A DNA stretch of 64,000 nt from NCBI GenBank assembly GCA_029858305.1, contig JAOUFI010000004.1:23862-87861 (forward strand), in the 5' to 3' direction. The notes below the pieces were generated by a model. It was not told the origin of the DNA and made no database searches. It worked only from the letters and a program-made list of their open reading frames with translations. This document shows positions 37,700 to 48,048 of this stretch, piece by piece; position 1 is the first letter of the stretch; each line of letters begins with the position of its first letter. Source of the DNA: Candidatus Thorarchaeota archaeon (GTDB taxonomy: Archaea > Asgardarchaeota > Thorarchaeia > Thorarchaeales > Thorarchaeaceae). Made by a program: the position numbers and the translations under genes.

Positions 37700-38428
37700 C
37701 TATATTTTTTTACCGATCGGACATACGTCCATGCATCTCGTACATTCGATGTAACTGTTTGGAGTAGGTCTCTGGAAGAGTCTTTGTTCTTCTTTTCTTA
37801 CAAACTCAGGAACATCCGTTGAACCTGGACACTCAGCTGAGTACACCATGCAGTGAGTGATATTCAATCTATAGGGCTCAATTGCGTTGGTTGGACAGAC
37901 TTTGACGCATTTATCACAGTCTCCACACAGATCGCGCTCAAATGGTGAGTCGATATCAAGGATTGCATCTGTTAGGATTGCTATCAGCTTAATTCTTGGA
38001 CCAAAAACTGGCGATATCAAGAGAGTGTTCTTCCCCTGAGAGCCTACTCCGCACTTGACTGCAGCAGTCTTGAGCGGAATATTTACTGACCATTTAGCAT
38101 CAAACCCTCTTCGATGTAAGAAATCAACAATGCCCCATGCTTTGTTTTTCATGATCTCATCAGAGAAGTAGTGGCTCTCATAATGTGATTCATCTTTGCA
38201 ATCCTTCGGAGGTTCAACATTCAAGTTAAACGTCTTATCCCATGAGTGCCATGCCAGTAATATGACTGACTTCACCGTCTGCAATTCTTCCTCAAGATTG
38301 TTTAGTCTACGAATCTTCCCAACCCAGCCATATGGCAAATCACGGAGCATCTCTGGTTTCGTGATTCCAATAGAGACAAAGCCCGTTTCCATAGCCATGT
38401 CTTTCAATTCATTAGACAATGTTGACAT
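37700..38428 (-). CDS. Epoxyqueuosine reductase (QueG)-like 4Fe-4S protein
   Basis: KTAAVKCGVG..GKNTLLI.P.FG, ILTD, CGDCDKCVKVCP, CTRCMDVCP. Confidence 0.8.
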   Translation of the reverse strand: MSTLSNELKDMAMETGFVSIGITKPEMLRDLPYGWVGKIRRLNNLEEELQTVKSVILLAWHSWDKTFNLNVEPPKDCKDESHYESHYFSDEIMKNKAWGIVDFLHRRGFDAKWSVNIPLKTAAVKCGVGSQGKNTLLISPVFGPRIKLIAILTDAILDIDSPFERDLCGDCDKCVKVCPTNAIEPYRLNITHCMVYSAECPGSTDVPEFVRKEEQRLFQRPTPNSYIECTRCMDVCPIGKKI

Positions 38429-38520
38429 GTTGATTCATGGATTGAGATGGTATTTGACTCTTCAGCCGACATATGATGGTAGTAAATTTTTCTGGACATT
38501 TCGCCAACGTGCTGGATCTG

Positions 38521-39426
38521 TCAAAACTTCTTAATCAGATAGTACTCCTTCACTCCGTTTGGATAGGCATCTGACACTCCATATGCACTATATCCGTGTT
38601 TGTGGAAAAATTCAAGATTCTGAAATGTGAAGCATGCTGTCTGAACGGCAATGCAGTTATTGTCTCTTGCAAGTGCTTCTGCCTTCATCAAGAGACCCGT
38701 CCCATAGCCTTGACTATGATATCTCTCATCGACCCAGAATTCTTCAATATTCATGGTCCCGAGAGTGGTATATCCTAATATGCCGCCAATTACTTGCCCG
38801 TGGTCATTCTTAATGATCGATTTGATTTCAAGCTCTCGATTTTCCCTCCGTAGTTCTCCAACCTGCTCATCCACATGCTTTCCCATTCCTGCATGTACGA
38901 TTTTCTGAGATTCTTCCGTCGAATCTTCATAGATACCAAACCGAGAAGGGATTTTCTTCTTCAATGAATTATAATCAATCGTATCAAGACGTTTCATAAG
39001 GATGTATTCCCTAATTCCATTCACATATCCTTCATAGGTAGCTATCATTTTGTAGCCTATTGCCTGATAGAAGTCAGGAGCTTGCCACGAGAATGTATAT
39101 GTCTGAGATGCCAGACATCCATTTCTTTTCGCTATTCTTTCTGCTTCTAGAACAAGGTCTTTCCCATAGCCCAACCCTTTGTACCTGTCATCAACCCAGA
39201 GAACATCGAGGTACTGGGTCCAGTAAACCATGCTTGTCATAACTCCACCTACAATCCTACCTTCATGGTCTTTGAGTACAACACTAATCCAGTATTTGGG
39301 ACTGTTGAATTCTCCATCTGTCTGCTTGAGATTATATGATTCAAATCCCTTTTGGAACTCGATCACATCCTCTTCTGATGGATTTGTTATGATTGAAAAT
39401 CTACCAAGGTCTGATTTTCGGGTCAT
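38521..39426 (-). CDS. Tandem (duplicated) GNAT acetyltransferase
   Basis: Two homologous halves: LWVDDRYKGLGYG..TFSWQAPDFY and FWVDERYHSQGYG..CFTFQNLEFF. Confidence 0.88.
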   Translation of the reverse strand: MTRKSDLGRFSIITNPSEEDVIEFQKGFESYNLKQTDGEFNSPKYWISVVLKDHEGRIVGGVMTSMVYWTQYLDVLWVDDRYKGLGYGKDLVLEAERIAKRNGCLASQTYTFSWQAPDFYQAIGYKMIATYEGYVNGIREYILMKRLDTIDYNSLKKKIPSRFGIYEDSTEESQKIVHAGMGKHVDEQVGELRRENRELEIKSIIKNDHGQVIGGILGYTTLGTMNIEEFWVDERYHSQGYGTGLLMKAEALARDNNCIAVQTACFTFQNLEFFHKHGYSAYGVSDAYPNGVKEYYLIKKF

Positions 39427-39664
39427 TTGAAAGCATCTCTGTTAGAATATACGTGCCATCAGAATTTGCTCACTTAACAGCTATGGAAAAGGCCATTTTT
39501 CTAATTTCCGAAGAATCCCGAGAATAAAGGTAGAAGAGATAGGATGATACCGATAACTATAGGCAGAAAATTTCCTGTCGATCTCAGAGGCGATAATTCA
39601 TTACTAGGATTGAAGGTATGAAACTTTATACGGATTGGAGAGCAGTTACTTCTGAGGTAAGTAT

Positions 39665-39829
39665 GTGGGATTTCGTGATTTCTTACGAATATGGCATGCA
39701 GACCGTGTTATTTCGGAAATCAAATGCCCCTTCTGCAAAAAATCTATCGCCAATAATGAAATTGAACAATCAGGTTCACTGATTATCTGTCCTAATTGTA
39801 AGAGGAAATTTAGATCTGGCAGTACCTAA
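39665..39829 (+). CDS. Small zinc-ribbon protein (54 aa), not in the ORF track
   Basis: GTG start 6 nt after GAGGT, with a TTTATA box ~40 nt upstream. Translates MGFRDFLRIWHADRVISEIKCPFCKKSIANNEIEQSGSLIICPNCKRKFRSGST. Confidence 0.65.
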   Translation: MGFRDFLRIWHADRVISEIKCPFCKKSIANNEIEQSGSLIICPNCKRKFRSGST

Positions 39830-39928
39830 AAACATGTGGAATTAGAATTTTCATAATGTAGTGGAAGCAAGATCATCTCACAGCTGTTTTTAGAAATCTC
39901 CGTTACTAGAAGAGTACGATTCATTCCC

Positions 39929-40795
39929 TTAATAGTCGGTAAGCCCTAAAATCTCAATGGTTTTTGCCCACAGTTGTTTTTGAAGACTTTCGTCATTAGA
40001 GATTTCTGTAGTGGTCACTACTTGCTTCTTTGAGAAGCACTTTCCAGATAGTCCCTCTACATCTGACGATACTGCAACATACACTGATGTCTCAGCGCCT
40101 TCCTTCGGGCTCAATTGAAAGGGCTTCATCATCCCAAACATGAGACCCTGCATACGGCTGCCACTATTCTTTCCTAGATTTGTTGCCACAAATCCAGGGA
40201 GGACTGCATTAACTGCTACACCAGTTCCTTCTAGATTTCGAGCAAGAGTATAAGTATGCATCAATAGGAGCAATTTGGCATTTCTATAGACTTTCTGAGA
40301 ACTGTATTTTCTCTTACTCTGGAGATCGTCTAAAACAAAATCACCGGATTTGTACAATCCAGAACAGAGATTGATTACCCGTGATGGCGCACTGGATTTG
40401 AGCAGGGGTAGAAGGCGTCTCGTCAAAAGGAAGGGACCGAGATAATTAACTGCAAACGTGCGTTCAAAACCATCTTCCGTCATTTGACGTCTACTAAAGA
40501 CTGCACCTGCATTGTTCACGAGCACATGTAGAGAATTATGGTTGCTCTTGAACTCCGATACAAACCTTTCAATTGATGCTTTAGATGCAACATCACATTG
40601 CATCAGTTCAATTTGCAATTCTTTAGTTTCATGATGAAAGGAATCAAGCGCTGCTCGTCCACGCTCAAGATTGCGTACTGCCATAATCACACTTGCACCC
40701 ATCTCTGCCAAGGCAAGAGCAGTTTCTTTGCCTATTCCAGAATTACTACCGGTTATAATGCAGATCTTACCATCCATGTTTGCCATAGAACTCAC
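39929..40795 (-). CDS. Short-chain dehydrogenase/reductase (retinol dehydrogenase-like)
   Basis: ITGSNSGIG, NNAG, FAVNYLGPFLLT, YRNAK (YxxxK), PGFVAT. Confidence 0.92.
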   Translation of the reverse strand: MSSMANMDGKICIITGSNSGIGKETALALAEMGASVIMAVRNLERGRAALDSFHHETKELQIELMQCDVASKASIERFVSEFKSNHNSLHVLVNNAGAVFSRRQMTEDGFERTFAVNYLGPFLLTRRLLPLLKSSAPSRVINLCSGLYKSGDFVLDDLQSKRKYSSQKVYRNAKLLLLMHTYTLARNLEGTGVAVNAVLPGFVATNLGKNSGSRMQGLMFGMMKPFQLSPKEGAETSVYVAVSSDVEGLSGKCFSKKQVVTTTEISNDESLQKQLWAKTIEILGLTDY

Positions 40796-41028
40796 ACATT
40801 CATCTTCGCAACTAACATGATTGCTCTACAACCATTTGATCGATATGTAAAACACTATCGGTCAAACAAGAAATGATGTTTGGACAATTAACGTCAATCT
40901 TAATGGACAAGTAGATTCCATTCTTGAATACTGAGTATTGTGCTAGATTTCATCCGAAACAGTAAAATATGCGACATAATGGCGTGTGTGTCGATGTGTT
41001 CAATCAAACATATCGTTGGTGATAAAAT

Positions 41029-42027
41029 ATGCGCAGAGAATCACGGATAATTGCCACGATAGCAGTGATTGCAGTCATCTTGAGTGGAGCGGCGTTCTAC
41101 CTTTACCTGAGTCAAGTTGAGGGAAAAGAAACACTCACAATCTCGACAACGACGAGCCTCTATGATACAGGTCTGCTCGACTTAATCAAAGATACGTACG
41201 AACAGAGAAATCCGAACGTGATTCTTGCATTCATTTCTGCAGGGACTGGAATCGCTATAACTCACGCAAAGAATGGAGACGCAGATATGATTCTAGTACA
41301 CTCACCTTCTCAGGAATTAGCATTCATGCAAGAGGGGTATGGTGTAAATAGAAAGATATTCGCATACAATTACTTCGCTATTGTCGGGGCATCTGCAGAT
41401 GTGGTGGGCATAAATCAGACGGATCCTATAGAAGCCCTTCAAGCAATCTACACATACGGACACGCGCATAATACGAGCCTTTGGGTGAGTCGTGATGATC
41501 TATCTGGCACGAACTCAAAAGAGATAGCTCTGTGGACTGCGGCAGGTTATAATTACACAGAACTCAAGGATGAGTTTTGGTTCATTTCATCAGGGCTTGG
41601 AATGGGTTCCACCCTAAATATAGCAGATGAGCAATCATTGTACACCCTATCAGACATTGGAACATATCTCAAATACAAAGCTGATGGCCTGATAACACTT
41701 GAACAGCTCGTTGCAGAAGGTCAAGATCTTCTCAATGTCTACAGTGGTATAGCTGTTAACAGCATAACTGTAACTAGTATAAAATTCGCATTAGCAATGG
41801 ATTTCATAAAGTGGCTGGTGAATGATACTGCCCAAGCGTTAATTGCAGCCTATGGGGTCGCAGATTATGGCCAAGGATTATTCTTACCGGCGGTAAATAT
41901 AATCAAGGATCAAGCCCCAGCTCAGATTTTTGAATGGATACGCGACTATTCTTTCTTTGATGAGGGCGGTCAACTATATGAATGCCCTCCAGCATGGCGG
42001 TCTGGAGATTTCGGTCTCTACATCTAG
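41029..42027 (+). CDS. tupA: Tungstate ABC transporter substrate-binding protein
   Basis: N-terminal anchor, STTTSLYDTGLL, GTG, GDAD..LVH, SRDD.SGT..KE, GMG.TL, YTLSD.GT. Confidence 0.88.
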   Translation: MRRESRIIATIAVIAVILSGAAFYLYLSQVEGKETLTISTTTSLYDTGLLDLIKDTYEQRNPNVILAFISAGTGIAITHAKNGDADMILVHSPSQELAFMQEGYGVNRKIFAYNYFAIVGASADVVGINQTDPIEALQAIYTYGHAHNTSLWVSRDDLSGTNSKEIALWTAAGYNYTELKDEFWFISSGLGMGSTLNIADEQSLYTLSDIGTYLKYKADGLITLEQLVAEGQDLLNVYSGIAVNSITVTSIKFALAMDFIKWLVNDTAQALIAAYGVADYGQGLFLPAVNIIKDQAPAQIFEWIRDYSFFDEGGQLYECPPAWRSGDFGLYI

Positions 42028-42054
42028 AAAAAAAAGTAAGGAGTGATGAAGTAA

Positions 42055-42717
42055 ATGACAGTAGAGAGTGACCTGTTGCAGATAACCCTACAGAGCCTTT
42101 TCATATCCGGCTCAGCAGCTCTCTTTGCATCCGTGATTGGCCTTCCCGTTGGTCTAGTCTTGGGACTTAAACGGTTCAGAGGAAGGCATGCAATAATCGG
42201 AGTGTTCAACTCATTATTAGGCATTCCAACAGTGGCATTGGGTCTCCTTCTCTACCTTGTTTTCTCGAATGCAGGACCATTGGGATTCCTTCACATGCTC
42301 TACACTCCTATTGGAATAATCGTGGGACAGACGATTCTAGTCCTTCCCATAATGATTAGTGTCACCACAGAAACACTATTGGGCGTGGATGAATCCATCC
42401 GCAACCTCGCTCTTACTATGGGCGCTGATGAGCAGGCTGCTGCTTTCTCAGTAGTCCGTGAGTCAGTTGGCGGATTACTCTTAGCTATATCTGCGAGTTT
42501 TAGCAGAGCAATTGCTGAGCTTGGAGTGGCACTGATGATTGGTGGAAATATCAGGGGAATCACAAGAGTACTAACAACATCCATTGCTCTTGAAACGACA
42601 AGGGGTGAAATAGCCCTTGGGCTGGGTTTGACAGTGATTCTGATCGTGCTTATTCTCATTGTCAATGCTGGCTTGAATATATTGAAGCGACGGGTTCAGT
42701 GGTGGCTATGGGAATAG
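42055..42717 (+). CDS. tupB: Tungstate ABC transporter permease
   Basis: PTVALGLLLY, GPLG, FSRAIAELG, GGNIRGITRVLTTSI. Confidence 0.9.
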   Translation: MTVESDLLQITLQSLFISGSAALFASVIGLPVGLVLGLKRFRGRHAIIGVFNSLLGIPTVALGLLLYLVFSNAGPLGFLHMLYTPIGIIVGQTILVLPIMISVTTETLLGVDESIRNLALTMGADEQAAAFSVVRESVGGLLLAISASFSRAIAELGVALMIGGNIRGITRVLTTSIALETTRGEIALGLGLTVILIVLILIVNAGLNILKRRVQWWLWE

Positions 42718-43781
42718 TTGAACTTCGAGATGTCACAGTAGAATTCGGAACTGTAAAAGCTCTGGATAGCATCAATGTTGATATTCACGCGGGGGAGATG
42801 TTTTCGGTTATTGGACCAAATGGTGCCGGGAAGACCACAGCGCTCAGAGTCATTGCAGGACTACTCAATCCCTCAGCAGGAGAGGTGTATTTCCATGGAG
42901 AACTCATGGAAAAATCAAACAGGCATGCATTAAGACGGCAGGCTCCAATGGTCTTCCAGAAGCCAGTGCTTTTCAACACGACACTCTTCAAAAATGTGGC
43001 ATATGGACTTAGAATAAGAGGTATGGCTGAAGAAGAGATCCGGAAACGAGTGCTGGAAGTGCTTGAGATGGTACAACTGGCCAATTTACAGGACAGATTA
43101 GGAAGAAATCTCTCGGGAGGAGAACAACGTCGAGCTACATTAGCAATGGCAATTGTCCTGGATACTGAGCTTTTACTTGTTGATGAGCCAACAGCCTATC
43201 TAGATAGTGAGAGCGCTGAAATTGTTGAGTCCACGCTCCAGCGGCTCAATTCAGAGCGAGGCACAACTACCGTGATGGTGACTCATAACATTCTGCAGGC
43301 TCAAGTTCTAGCTAATAGGGCGGCTATGATGAAACAAGGTCGGATTCAGAAGATCGGTACAGTGAGCGAGATATTCAGAACAGAACTTGACAGCCTCCTG
43401 CACGAAGAATTCAAGATGAACACGTACTCAGGAACTGCAAAAGCAAGTGGCAAGATGACTCAAAACGGAATGCTTGTACAGATTGACTTAGGCAATGGTG
43501 TAGAAATAGAAGCCCTTTCAAAGCGAGAAGGTAACGTTACAGTAATGATTCCCCCCGACGATATTATTGTTTCAAGAGAAGAGGTGTTTACCAGTGCGCG
43601 GAATTGTCTGATAGGAAAAATCATTGGCATCGATGAACGCGATTCTACCGTGTTCCTGACAGTTGATGTAGGATTGAGTATGACAGTTCAAATAACAAGA
43701 CGTTCTAGAGAGAAGCTTGACATTAATCTTAAGGATGAAGTGTATGTGACTTTCAAGGCATCCTCTGTAAGAGTGTTCTAG
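42708..43781 (+). CDS. tupC: Tungstate/molybdate ABC transporter ATPase with C-terminal TOBE domain
   Basis: GPNGAGKT, LSGGEQRR, LVDEPT, then SARN...GKI and FKASSV of a TOBE domain. Start is 42699 (GTG) or 42708 (ATG). Confidence 0.88.
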   Translation: MGIVELRDVTVEFGTVKALDSINVDIHAGEMFSVIGPNGAGKTTALRVIAGLLNPSAGEVYFHGELMEKSNRHALRRQAPMVFQKPVLFNTTLFKNVAYGLRIRGMAEEEIRKRVLEVLEMVQLANLQDRLGRNLSGGEQRRATLAMAIVLDTELLLVDEPTAYLDSESAEIVESTLQRLNSERGTTTVMVTHNILQAQVLANRAAMMKQGRIQKIGTVSEIFRTELDSLLHEEFKMNTYSGTAKASGKMTQNGMLVQIDLGNGVEIEALSKREGNVTVMIPPDDIIVSREEVFTSARNCLIGKIIGIDERDSTVFLTVDVGLSMTVQITRRSREKLDINLKDEVYVTFKASSVRVF

Positions 43782-43849
43782 TGAATCAAGACAAAGAGGT
43801 TCTCGGTGGAGTTACTCCCGAAATGCATGACCAAACATAACACTTATCT

Positions 43850-44869
43850 TTGTCAACAAAACACAAGCTCCAAACCATGTCAAACTCGAATTCAAACACC
43901 CTAGAGTCTGAACAGCAAACTCCAGCAAATCAAACATATATAGATGGATTCGGGCGTCCAGTGGACTATCTCAGAGTATCCCTGACACAGAGATGTAATC
44001 ACTTTTGCTTCTTTTGCCACCACGAAGGCGAATCACATCCAAAATCTGAGATGACACTGACTGAAATTGAAAAGATTGTTGTTCATGCAACCAGACATGG
44101 TGTTCGCCGTTTGAAATTGACTGGTGGGGAACCTCTCCTTAGAGAAGACATTCTTGACATAGTCCGTATGGTATCCCCATTGGTAGAAGATTTATCGATG
44201 ACCACGAATGGAACGCTCTTGGAAGATAAGGCTCTTGATTTAAAGAGGGCAGGTCTTTCACGAGTAAACATCAGTCTGCATTCCTTGAAAGAAGATACCT
44301 ATCATAGAATCACTGGCACGAATAATCTGGAAACTGTCAAGAGAGGCATCAAGAGAGCAGTCGAAGTTGGTCTTTCCCCTGTCAAACTGAATATGACCGT
44401 TCTTCATGGCTTCAATGAAAGTGAAATTATGGATATGATGGAGTTCGCAGCGGAAACAGGATGTATACTGCAACTCATAGAATTGCAACACATGCCAAAT
44501 GACGATTCTGAGAGAAGAGAACTATGGTTCAATCTAGATTCGATTGAAGACGAGATTGGCAAGAGAGCAATTCGAACTGACCAAAGCCACATACACAGAA
44601 GGAAACAGTATGTAGTCAAAATGAACAACGGTTGTGAAGTAAAAATAGAAGTGGTGAGACCAATGCATAATTCAATGTTCTGTGAAGGATGCACCCGCTT
44701 ACGAGTCACTTCAGACGGAAAATTAAAGCCTTGTTTGTTACGTAGCGATAACCTTGTAGAAATCTTGTTTGAAGATGGAGTCCATTCTAATAAGGGATCA
44801 CTAGAGCTGGCATTCAAGGAGGCTGTCAAGAACAGGGAACCATACTGGCGAGATGAACACATAGGATGA
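43850..44869 (+). CDS. moaA: GTP 3',8-cyclase
   Basis: D.FGRP..YLRVSLTQRCNHFCFFC, TGGEPLLR, FCEGCTRLRVTSDGKLKPCL, archaeal-type PYW terminus. Start may be 43877. Confidence 0.93.
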   Translation: MSTKHKLQTMSNSNSNTLESEQQTPANQTYIDGFGRPVDYLRVSLTQRCNHFCFFCHHEGESHPKSEMTLTEIEKIVVHATRHGVRRLKLTGGEPLLREDILDIVRMVSPLVEDLSMTTNGTLLEDKALDLKRAGLSRVNISLHSLKEDTYHRITGTNNLETVKRGIKRAVEVGLSPVKLNMTVLHGFNESEIMDMMEFAAETGCILQLIELQHMPNDDSERRELWFNLDSIEDEIGKRAIRTDQSHIHRRKQYVVKMNNGCEVKIEVVRPMHNSMFCEGCTRLRVTSDGKLKPCLLRSDNLVEILFEDGVHSNKGSLELAFKEAVKNREPYWRDEHIG

Positions 44870-45285
44870 TAGAGGTTACAGAAGCAGATTTTCAAATTGA
44901 TCAGATTATCGCTGAAACAAGGAAGCCATCCATGGGATGCATTGTCTTATTTCTTGGAACAGTTAGAGATATGACTGACGACAGAGCAGTTCTAGGAATC
45001 GAGCTGGAATCTGATGAGAAAGAGGCTATCAGACAACTCACACAAGTCAGAGATGAAACAATAGAGAAGTTTGGAGTGACAGATGTTTCTATCGTTCATA
45101 GAGTTGGTTCTCTAAGCGTTGGTGAGAATATTGTTCTCATAGCAGTTGGCGCGGGGCATCGACCCGAAGCATTTGCAGGTTGTCGATACGCCATTGAACG
45201 GCTCAAGGAGTTCGTTCATATATGGAAGAAGGAAATCACGGAGGAAGGCGAGTACTGGATAGGTGATAGAAAGAATGACAAGTAG
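44866..45285 (+). CDS. moaE: Molybdopterin synthase catalytic subunit
   Basis: FLGTVR, IVHRVG.L.VGE, HRPEAF, LKE.VHIWKKE. Confidence 0.92.
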   Translation: MIEVTEADFQIDQIIAETRKPSMGCIVLFLGTVRDMTDDRAVLGIELESDEKEAIRQLTQVRDETIEKFGVTDVSIVHRVGSLSVGENIVLIAVGAGHRPEAFAGCRYAIERLKEFVHIWKKEITEEGEYWIGDRKNDK

Positions 45286-45730
45286 AGAGAACCTTGTAGA
45301 GATGGTAGATGTATCAGGGAAGAAGATAGTACATCGGTTTGCAGAAGCTAGGGGAGAGGTCATACTTCGTCCTGAGACCGTTGCTGAAATACGGAAGGGC
45401 ACCACAAAGAAAGGAAATGTTATCGCAGTATCGGAAATCGCAGGAATCATGGCTGCAAAGAAGACATCTGAGATTATCCCTTTATGCCATCAAGTTCCAC
45501 TCTCATCGGTTCAAATCAGTTTTGATTTTGATGAGGACAGGATTCATTCATGTTGTAGAGTCGCAGCAACATATGCAACCGGTGTAGAAATGGAAGCGCT
45601 TGTAGGAGTAACCACTGCGCTCCTCTCAGTGTGGGATATGGTAAAGTATCTAGAGAAAGATGAGAATGGCCAATATCCAACTGCTAGAATCGAGAATGTA
45701 AGAGTCACAATTAAGAAGAAGGACGACTAG
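45275..45730 (+). CDS. moaC: Cyclic pyranopterin monophosphate synthase
   Basis: MVDVSGK, KKGNV, AAKKTSEIIPLCH, TGVEMEAL, WDMVK. Confidence 0.94.
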   Translation: MTSRENLVEMVDVSGKKIVHRFAEARGEVILRPETVAEIRKGTTKKGNVIAVSEIAGIMAAKKTSEIIPLCHQVPLSSVQISFDFDEDRIHSCCRVAATYATGVEMEALVGVTTALLSVWDMVKYLEKDENGQYPTARIENVRVTIKKKDD

Positions 45731-45732
45731 CC

Positions 45733-46233
45733 TTGATGAACGAACATAGACGGGATCAAAAGGTGGCAGCCGGATTCGCAGTTCTAATTGTCAGTGACAG
45801 CCGAACAAAGGAAACAGATGAATCAGGCAAGATCGCTAAAGAGTTGATAGAGAAAGCTGGGCATATAGTAAAAGCATATGATATTGTGAAAAATGAAAAC
45901 AGCCAGATTGAAAATATATTCAAGAAGTACGCTGAAAATTCTGATATTAGGGTGATTCTCACTAGTGGTGGCACAGGTGTGAGTAAGAAAGACAAAACGG
46001 TCAGTACACTAGCTCCATTGTTTGAGCAGTCACTTCCAGGTTTTGGAGAACACTTTAGACGCCTCAGTTACGAAGACGTGGGAGTGGCAGGTATCTATAG
46101 TAGGTCTACAGCAGGTATTATCAAGAAGCAGGTCGTCTTTTGCTTGCCAGGATCAAAGAATGCTGTTCGTACTGCCCTTACTGAAATAATTCTGCCAGGT
46201 ATTGGACATCTATTATGGGAGATGGACAGATGA
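45733..46233 (+). CDS. moaB: Molybdopterin adenylyltransferase MoaB/MogA family
   Basis: VSDSR...DESG, TSGGTG, LPGFGE.FR, SRSTAG, FCLPGS. Confidence 0.9.
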   Translation: MMNEHRRDQKVAAGFAVLIVSDSRTKETDESGKIAKELIEKAGHIVKAYDIVKNENSQIENIFKKYAENSDIRVILTSGGTGVSKKDKTVSTLAPLFEQSLPGFGEHFRRLSYEDVGVAGIYSRSTAGIIKKQVVFCLPGSKNAVRTALTEIILPGIGHLLWEMDR

Positions 46234-47444
46234 AAGAGATGGAACCCTTCAAACTTCTGGTTTCCCAAGAAGAGGCTGAGAAGCTCATTCTATTAAGAAC
46301 TCCTATGATTGATCGTACTGAAGTCATATTGGTTCATGAAGCCATAGGTCGAGTTTTGGCCCATGATGTTGTGGCTGATAGATTTGTGCCCCCATTCAAT
46401 AGAGCTGCGATGGATGGCTATGCTGTCATTGCTGAAGATACATTCGGGGCAACAGAACAGGATGTCTTTTTAGCTTTAGATGGCGTAGTCCATGCCGGCG
46501 AGGTTTCAGATATCACTATCGCAAGGGGTCATTGTCTACAAATTGCCACAGGATCACAAATGCCGCTTGGTGCTGACGCAGTCGTGATGGTGGAGTTCAC
46601 TGAACGACATGGCAATCAAATCCATATCACGAAACCGGTATACCCCGGGGGTAATATGTCGAAGCGAGGAGAAGACATAGTAGAAGGAGATGTGGTGATT
46701 AAAAAAGGCAGCACACTTACTCCTGCAAAGATAGGTACACTAGCAGCTTTAGGCAGAACGCAGGTAGAAGTTTATCAGAAACCAACAGTCAGTGTAATCG
46801 CCACAGGTAGCGAGATTGTTCCTCCAGGGGAGGCACTTCTCCCGGGTCAGATCTATGATGTGAACTCTTTCACTCTAGAAGCAGTTCTCAAAAATAATGG
46901 TGCTACAGTATATAGACACCCGATTGTATCTGACAATTTGCAAAAGCTTAGGGAAGAAATAGAGAAAGCAGTCAATTCGGATATGATAGTTTTCTCGGGT
47001 GGTAGTTCGGTTGGAGAGAAGGATCTTCTGTCAAATATAGTGGAAAACATGGGCGAAATACTATTCCATGGAGTCCAGATAAAACCAGGAAAACCGACAC
47101 TCTTTGGAATAATTAACGGAAAGCCAGTTTTCGGGATGCCAGGTTATCCAACATCGTGTTTGAGCAATGCATACATATTGCTTGCTCCTGCAATTCGGAA
47201 GATGGCTCGCCTATCTGAGAATGTGGAGAAGACAGTCAGAGCCAAAATGAGCAAGCGTTTTGTATCCTCATCTGGGCGAAAACAATTCCTCACAGTACGA
47301 TTGGAAAACGGTGTAGCTTACCCTGTATTCAAGCATTCAGGTGCCATAACAAGCATGGCACAAGCTGATGGTTATGTTATGTTGCCTGTCAATCTGGATG
47401 TAATCGAGGAAGGCGAAGAAATCGAAGTAATATTGTTGGATTAA
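46230..47444 (+). CDS. moeA: Molybdopterin molybdenum/tungsten transferase
   Basis: PPFNRAAMDGYAV, IATG, GADAVVMVE, SGGSSVG, KPGKP, GMPGYP. Confidence 0.94.
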   Translation: MKEMEPFKLLVSQEEAEKLILLRTPMIDRTEVILVHEAIGRVLAHDVVADRFVPPFNRAAMDGYAVIAEDTFGATEQDVFLALDGVVHAGEVSDITIARGHCLQIATGSQMPLGADAVVMVEFTERHGNQIHITKPVYPGGNMSKRGEDIVEGDVVIKKGSTLTPAKIGTLAALGRTQVEVYQKPTVSVIATGSEIVPPGEALLPGQIYDVNSFTLEAVLKNNGATVYRHPIVSDNLQKLREEIEKAVNSDMIVFSGGSSVGEKDLLSNIVENMGEILFHGVQIKPGKPTLFGIINGKPVFGMPGYPTSCLSNAYILLAPAIRKMARLSENVEKTVRAKMSKRFVSSSGRKQFLTVRLENGVAYPVFKHSGAITSMAQADGYVMLPVNLDVIEEGEEIEVILLD

Positions 47445-47465
47445 ATCCTGAGATGGCTTGAGATA

Positions 47466-47930
47466 CTAAGTTGAACTCAATTGTATAGATTTGGACCAGA
47501 TTATCTCTTGTGGATGGTTCGCTCCAAATGATTCGAATTTCTTAGATGTTTCAAGATGCATTCTTAGACTATCCACACATGACCTCAACTTGAATTCGCT
47601 GTCAGGATGACCTAGACTAAAAGCATTTGGCCCAATAGGACGACCGTGTTTAAACGCCGCGTAAAAACAGGCTTCAATTCCCTTGACTCCAAGTCTTTGA
47701 GCCCTGTGCCCGACTGTCAAAATGAGATCCAGGTCCTCTTGTGTTTCAATAGCCATATAATATGACGGTCGTAGGGGATGCGATTTATCAGTAAACTTGA
47801 CAATCCGAGACCCTTCAGGAAATCGAGTACCTAAGCAGCTATTACATCTCCACTCGCCAGCCTCACAAAACGAGTCATAGACATACTGCAGGTTCTCTGT
47901 GGATCCGCACGCTCCGCATTGATTAATCAT
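47466..47930 (-). CDS. Hypothetical protein with N-terminal Cys4 zinc finger
   Basis: CGAC...CNSC. Upstream TTTTATA box on the minus strand. Confidence 0.65.
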   Translation of the reverse strand: MINQCGACGSTENLQYVYDSFCEAGEWRCNSCLGTRFPEGSRIVKFTDKSHPLRPSYYMAIETQEDLDLILTVGHRAQRLGVKGIEACFYAAFKHGRPIGPNAFSLGHPDSEFKLRSCVDSLRMHLETSKKFESFGANHPQEIIWSKSIQLSST

Positions 47931-48048
47931 ATCAATACCCCTTGTTCTCTCTGACGAGGGGTACTATAAAAATCGAAGAACATGAGATGTTATATTCTCT
48001 GTGTGATACTAACTAAATCTGCATTTTCCATCTTTACCAAAATGCTAA

